Below are positions 59,244 to 64,000 of a stretch of 64,000 bases of DNA, piece by piece (within the stretch, counting starts at the first letter, position 1; every line of letters starts with the position of its first letter). Both the position numbers and the translations under genes were made by a program. Origin of the DNA: Novosphingobium sp. 28-62-57 (GTDB lineage Bacteria > Pseudomonadota > Alphaproteobacteria > Sphingomonadales > Sphingomonadaceae); NCBI RefSeq assembly GCF_002256985.1, contig NZ_NCGO01000007.1:80475-144474 (forward strand). The letters run 5' to 3'. The notes beneath the pieces were generated by a model that was given only the letters and a program-made list of their open reading frames with translations, searched no databases and had not been told where the DNA came from.

Positions 59244-61489
59244 CAGAACGCCTGCCCCAGCGCCACATAAACGCCAATGCGGCTATCCCCCGGCGAAGGA
59301 TTGATCGGCGTGCCCAAGTCGATTCGGATCGGGCCAAAGTTGGTTTCATAGCGCAGGCCGATCCCTGCACCGACCTTGATATCGCGCAGGCGCGGCGTGC
59401 TGGTGATATCCACCGCGCCCGCATCGACAAACGGCACAAGGCTGATCGCGCCGCCCATCAGGCCCGTCTTCACACGCGCTTCCAACGAGAACTCGCTGAG
59501 CGACCTGCCGCCGCTCGGCTCGCCCGCCGTGTCGCGCGGGCCGATCAGCTGGAAGCCATAACCGCGTACCGATCCGCCACCACCGGCATAGAACCGGCGC
59601 GATGGAGCGATGTTGGTGATATCGGTGCCAAGGATCGATCCCAATCGCACGCGCCCTGCCACCACCAGTTTTTCGCCGAAGGGCTGATAGTAACTGGCAT
59701 CGAACTGCAGCTTGCCATAGCTCGACCGCGCACCATCCTGCACCGAGATTTCGGGCGAGGCGCGCAGGCCCACGCGGAAGCCCCGCTTGGGATCGAGCAG
59801 ATCATCGCTGCCATCATAGGCAATGCGCATCGGCAGGGCGCCGATGAAATAGGTCTGGCGCGGGGCATTGGCGGCAATCGCTGCGGCATCGCGCTCGCTC
59901 GTCGCCAGAATTTCAACGCCTGCGGCAAAGATCAGCGGTTTCTGGAACAACAGGGTCTGCAACCGCTCCAGCCCGCCAAGGAACGATACCGTGCGCGCCT
60001 GGAAGGCGGTGTTGCGCTGCTGGCGCGCATAGAGATCGGCGGTCAGCACCAGATCACGCGTCAGGAAGTTGTTGCGGCGGAACGTCAGCCCCAGCAGCTG
60101 CTCTTGCGTCCCTGCCACACCGCGCACACGCACCATGCCTTCGGGAGGGAAGAAGTTGCGGTGCTCCCAGCTTGCTTCAACGCGGAAGCCTTCGCCGCTG
60201 GAATAGCCGACCAGCCCGGCCAAAGTGCGCAGCGGCCCCGGTGTCAGCGAAACATCGACATCAACCGTTCCCGGCTCTCCATTGGCAGGCGGTGTGGCTT
60301 CGCGCGTTTCGACCGACACCGATGATACCAGCCCGGTCGCCAGCACAGCTTGGCGCAGGTCATCCACGTCCGAGCGCTGGTAGACCTCGCCCGGATCAAA
60401 CTTGGCAATGCGCTGCAGGTGCTTTCCGCTCAGGAACTTCTCGCGCGATGATGTGACTTTGCCAAAGCGATAGACGCCGCCCGGCGTTACCGGCACGGTC
60501 AGATCGCCTGCGCGCCGCTCATGATCGATCAGCAGGTCCGTTTCGGCCACTTTGGCAAAGGCATAGCCGCTCTCACCCAGCGCGGCCTGCAGGTTCAGCC
60601 GTTCGGTCACGATCCGGTCCGCATTTACCGCATCGCCGGGGTTCAGCTTGAACGCACCGCGCAGGGCTGCATAATCGCTGCCGGTGGTTTCCAGATCGCC
60701 GAAGGCCAGTTTGCCAAACTTGTATTGCGGCCCCGGCTGGATATCGAAGCGGACCGCCACTTTTTGAATATCAATCGGCCCGCGTGCCTCACCCTCACCC
60801 ACTCGCTCCAGCCCGCCCAGCGATTGAAACACGCTGGCATCGTAGTAACCGTAAACCCGCAAAATCTCGACCAGCAGCTCAGAGTCAGTGCGTCCGCGTC
60901 GGACAATCTGCGCAAGATTATCCTTGTCATCGTCATAGGCCTTGAGGCTCGATAGCGCGGCAAAGCGGGCGACGATATCGCCCTTTTCAGCAATCGCCTC
61001 TTCGCCAATCGGAAAGGCAAGTTCCACCTGCTTGCCGATCCGCGCAATGTCGGCCTTGGCAAGGCGCTCCTCAACCTCGGCCTGCTCCTGCCCCGGAAGC
61101 GCCTCGACCGCTGCATCGACAGACTGTTCGGCCACATCAATATCGGGATCGGGCGATAGCGGCGTAATCTCGGCGATCTCGCTGCCATCGGGCCAGGGGA
61201 TCGTAAGCCCTGGCAGTTCAGGCATTTCCACGTCGGCTGAAAGCTCGTCAATCGCCATGGCCGTGGGCACAACGGTGCGCGCCGCTTCGGTATCCAGCGC
61301 CCAGGCATCGGCATTCTGCACGGCCGAATCCGGGATCAGCGCTTCAAGTTCCTGATCTGCATCCAGCGATTGGGCCAGCGCGTGGCCGGGCAATGCCAGC
61401 GCCATCAGTCCGGCAAGGATGCGCGCCAGCGGCAGCTGGCGAGTAGCTCTAAATGTGGGCGTAACGCTCCTGCGCGCCGTGGATGCCAT
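59243..61489 (-). CDS. tamA: TamA / Omp85-family outer membrane protein
   Basis: Signal peptide, POTRA domains, [22 protein letters not shown]-terminal GQAF; start uncertain (61489 or 61405). Confidence 0.85.
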   Translation of the reverse strand: MASTARRSVTPTFRATRQLPLARILAGLMALALPGHALAQSLDADQELEALIPDSAVQNADAWALDTEAARTVVPTAMAIDELSADVEMPELPGLTIPWPDGSEIAEITPLSPDPDIDVAEQSVDAAVEALPGQEQAEVEERLAKADIARIGKQVELAFPIGEEAIAEKGDIVARFAALSSLKAYDDDKDNLAQIVRRGRTDSELLVEILRVYGYYDASVFQSLGGLERVGEGEARGPIDIQKVAVRFDIQPGPQYKFGKLAFGDLETTGSDYAALRGAFKLNPGDAVNADRIVTERLNLQAALGESGYAFAKVAETDLLIDHERRAGDLTVPVTPGGVYRFGKVTSSREKFLSGKHLQRIAKFDPGEVYQRSDVDDLRQAVLATGLVSSVSVETREATPPANGEPGTVDVDVSLTPGPLRTLAGLVGYSSGEGFRVEASWEHRNFFPPEGMVRVRGVAGTQEQLLGLTFRRNNFLTRDLVLTADLYARQQRNTAFQARTVSFLGGLERLQTLLFQKPLIFAAGVEILATSERDAAAIAANAPRQTYFIGALPMRIAYDGSDDLLDPKRGFRVGLRASPEISVQDGARSSYGKLQFDASYYQPFGEKLVVAGRVRLGSILGTDITNIAPSRRFYAGGGGSVRGYGFQLIGPRDTAGEPSGGRSLSEFSLEARVKTGLMGGAISLVPFVDAGAVDITSTPRLRDIKVGAGIGLRYETNFGPIRIDLGTPINPSPGDSRIGVYVALGQAF

Positions 61490-62309
61490 CCTTGAGGCTG
61501 CCTTCGACACCCGATTCCACACCAGGGCGGACCCGCCGCAAAGACACCGCACGTTCGATGGCAGTGGCTTGCTCGGCAGGCTCAAACCGTTCCCAGCCAT
61601 CGCGGCCCAGCTTTTCCATCGGGCGGAAGCGCACCTTGTATTGCATGCGCTCGGACCCTTCGACCCAATAGCCGAGGTACACATAGGACAGCCCGACCTG
61701 AGCCGCGCGCTGAATGTGGTCGAGGATGATGAAAGTGCCAAGCCCGGCCCGCGTCTCGTGTTGGGGATCGTAAAAACTGTAGATCATCGAGAGGCCATCG
61801 CCCTGCTCGTCGGTCAGACAGGCTCCTACCAGTCTTCCCGGCGAGCCGTCCAGCGTTGGCTCCCTGTATTCAATCACATGGCTCTTGACGGGCGTGTGCT
61901 CCACCATGTCCGCGAAATCCATCTCGTCCATGGTCGCCATCCCCCCGCCGGGATGACGCACGGCCAGATAACGCTGCAACAGTTCGAATTGTTCCGGCGT
62001 GGACCACGGTTTGCAGACATTGACCACCAGATCGCGGTTGCGCTTCCATATGCGCTTCTGCGTGGACGATGGCCGAAACTCGTTCGATACCACGCGAACC
62101 GACACACAGGCCGTGCAATCGATGCAGCTTGGCCGATAGGCGACCGTCTGGCTGCGGCGGAAACCGATGCGGCTCAGCGCATCGTTCAATTCATCCGTGT
62201 TCGTGCCTTTAAGCTCGGTAAACACCTTCCGCTCGCTCCGCCCCGGCAAATAAGGGCACGGCGCGGGGCTGGTCACGAAAAAGCGCGGAAAGCGGACGGG
62301 CGCGGTCAC
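61449..62309 (-). CDS. bpt: Arginyltransferase-like aminoacyl transferase (ATE/Bpt, N-degron pathway)
   Basis: [21 protein letters not shown]...AYRP.C..C.AC, GLS..YSFYDP, YLGYWV.GS.RM.YK. Confidence 0.88.
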   Translation of the reverse strand: MTAPVRFPRFFVTSPAPCPYLPGRSERKVFTELKGTNTDELNDALSRIGFRRSQTVAYRPSCIDCTACVSVRVVSNEFRPSSTQKRIWKRNRDLVVNVCKPWSTPEQFELLQRYLAVRHPGGGMATMDEMDFADMVEHTPVKSHVIEYREPTLDGSPGRLVGACLTDEQGDGLSMIYSFYDPQHETRAGLGTFIILDHIQRAAQVGLSYVYLGYWVEGSERMQYKVRFRPMEKLGRDGWERFEPAEQATAIERAVSLRRVRPGVESGVEGSLKDGIHGAQERYAHI

Positions 62310-62380
62310 GGCGTTGCGGATGCTCCTCAGGCTGGACTATCCCGCCTGTCATCAAGGAACATGCCCCAGTCGCGGCATTC

Positions 62381-62399
62381 GTAAAAGCCCCTTAACCAT
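62381..62399. promoter_or_regulatory. Candidate CtrA box
   Basis: GTAA-AAGCCCC-TTAACCAT (one mismatch to TTAA-N7-TTAAC), 71 nt upstream of the bpt start. Confidence 0.5.
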
Positions 62400-62518
62400 G
62401 CTCTTGTGTACATTTTTGGCAGAAAACGGTGCCGAAACGGCGTCAACACGCCATCAGATACCGCCAGTCCGGATACAGGACACTGCCGCGGCAACAAGTT
62501 AACGCCACCAAGGCGCGC

Positions 62519-63769
62519 TCAGCCCAGTTCCACCTGCTCCACATCGTATCCTTTGGCGCGCAAGCCCGCCACCAACTGGTCGATCTGTTCGCGGTCCCGC
62601 GCTTCGCACTCGATCTCAGCCGTCAGCCCCTTGGCAGGCAGCGAAGTGAAAATGCGCTGGTGCCACACCTCAAGGATGTTCACCTGATGGCGGTTGAACT
62701 CCTCCACCACCTTGAACAGCGCGCCCGGCCGGTCCTGCAATGTGATGCGCAGCCGCCCCAGCCGTCCAGACCTCGCCAGATCGCGCAGCAGCACGTTGGC
62801 CAGCAGCCGCGTGTCGATATTGCCGCCGCACAGCACCACGCCCACCTTGCGCCCGGCAAAGCGCTTGCGGTGCGTCATCACGGCCGCCAGCCCCGCGGCG
62901 CCTGCGCCTTCAACCACGGTCTTTTCAATCTGCAACAGCAGCGCAACCGCACTTTCCAGCGCCGGTTCGCCCACCAGCACGATGTCATCGACAATCCTGG
63001 CCAGCACCTTGCGGGTAAACTGCCCCGGCTCCTTCACCGCAATGCCCTCGGCCAGCGTATCGCCGCCGCAGGGCAGATCGAGGTGCTTGAGCGTGGCATA
63101 CATCGAAGGGAACAGCTGCGCCTGCACGCCCACCAGCCCGATCCCCGGCTTGATCCCGCGCGCCGCCGTGCCCATGCCTGAAAGCAGCCCGCCGCCGCCG
63201 ATGGGCACGACCAGCGTCTCGATCTCGGGCGCATCTTCCAGCATTTCCAGCGCCACGGTGCCCTGCCCTGCCGCAACGTTGGGATCGTCAAACGGGTGAA
63301 CGAAGGTCAGCCCCAGTTCGCCCTCCAGCCGCCGTGCGTGGGCATAGGCCTCGTCAAAGGTCTCACCCTCCAGCACCACTTTGCCGCCAACCGCCTCGGT
63401 CTGCATGATCTTCACGGTCGGCGTGGTCTTGGGCATCACGATCGTCACCGGCACGCCCAGCCGCGTGCCGTGATAGCTGAGGCCCTGCGCATGGTTTCCT
63501 GCCGAAGCGGCAATGACGCCCCGCGCGCGCTGCTCGTCATTGAGCAAAAGCAGCGCATTGAGCGCACCGCGCTCCTTGTAGGCCGCGGTAAACTGCTGGT
63601 TTTCAAACTTCAGCCAGATTTCGGCCCCGGTAATCGCGCTCAGCGTCTTGCTGTGCATCGTGGGCGTGCGCACCACGTGCCCGGCAATTCGCCCCGCTGC
63701 CGCACGAACATCGGCAAGGGTCAGCAGGGCATCGCCCTGATCGGCAGTCTTGAGCGCAGCGTTTTCCAT
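62519..63769 (-). CDS. Threonine ammonia-lyase (dehydratase) with a C-terminal ACT domain
   Basis: K.EN.Q.T..YKERGA (PLP Lys), SAGNHAQG, PIGGGGL, CGGNID, DRPG.L ACT. Confidence 0.92.
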   Translation of the reverse strand: MENAALKTADQGDALLTLADVRAAAGRIAGHVVRTPTMHSKTLSAITGAEIWLKFENQQFTAAYKERGALNALLLLNDEQRARGVIAASAGNHAQGLSYHGTRLGVPVTIVMPKTTPTVKIMQTEAVGGKVVLEGETFDEAYAHARRLEGELGLTFVHPFDDPNVAAGQGTVALEMLEDAPEIETLVVPIGGGGLLSGMGTAARGIKPGIGLVGVQAQLFPSMYATLKHLDLPCGGDTLAEGIAVKEPGQFTRKVLARIVDDIVLVGEPALESAVALLLQIEKTVVEGAGAAGLAAVMTHRKRFAGRKVGVVLCGGNIDTRLLANVLLRDLARSGRLGRLRITLQDRPGALFKVVEEFNRHQVNILEVWHQRIFTSLPAKGLTAEIECEARDREQIDQLVAGLRAKGYDVEQVELG

Positions 63770-63832
63770 AGGGGAGCGCCCTAACGGAAAGCGGGCTTCA
63801 AGAAAACCTCCGAGTCTGCACCAAACTGCCGG

Positions 63833-64000
63833 TCAGGCCGCGCTGCGCTGCTCCAACAGACTACGAAACACCGCCACTGGCACCAATCCCGCGCAGATCG
63901 CAGCAGTATCGGCCACCCAATCGCGCCAATCCGCCGTGCGATGCAGCACCGGAATCGCCTGAACCAGCTCTATTCCCGCCCCCACGAGCGACAGCGCCAA
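63833..64000 (-). CDS. C-terminal fragment of a VanZ-like membrane protein (starts outside window)
   Basis: Hand translation LALSLVGAGIELVQAIPVLHRTADWRDWVADTAAICAGLVPVAVFRSLLEQRSAA*. Confidence 0.6.
   Translation of the reverse strand: MALSLVGAGIELVQAIPVLHRTADWRDWVADTAAICAGLVPVAVFRSLLEQRSAA

Noticed and set aside
57462-59270. 602-aa plus-strand ORF (and similar 300-500 aa ORFs across the dcw genes)
   Set aside because: Fully antisense to tamB or other housekeeping genes; composition typical of shadow frames.

Overview
GC-rich chromosomal window from an alphaproteobacterium, most likely a sphingomonad (Novosphingobium-like; inferred from gene content and order, and from the absence of lpxC after ftsZ). 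Main content, left to right: (1) a sigma54/PspF-controlled phage-shock (psp) operon, extended by a tandem array of at least six small single-TM coiled-coil paralogues, an unlisted 52-aa leader ORF and an N-terminally extended PspA; (2) recF, two DUF805 genes, an NAD-dependent epimerase, proB, obgE, tRNA-Ala(CGC), a poly-Pro lipoprotein, yccA, proC and ybjN; (3) a complete dcw cluster (mraZ to ftsZ) followed by a TPR/SPOR protein; (4) cysK, ccmBA, a pterin dehydratase, a two-gene AT-rich orphan islet, an SDR, alkA, fdx, argC, an SH3 protein, an M17 peptidase and map; (5) glnB-glnA, a CHAP protein, a GGDEF-EAL protein, a nonsense-interrupted lmo0937-like small gene, an aldehyde dehydrogenase, a GT4 glycosyltransferase, tamB-tamA, bpt/ate and a threonine ammonia-lyase. 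About ten REP-like palindromic elements occur, one as an exact 96-bp in-frame segment of the murB ORF. I found no transposase, integrase, CRISPR array or rRNA. The strongest candidates for new biology are the expanded Psp paralogue array, the in-frame palindrome in murB and the orphan islet with cassette-like boundary sites. Family assignments come from motif recognition and recalled knowledge; no database searches were run.
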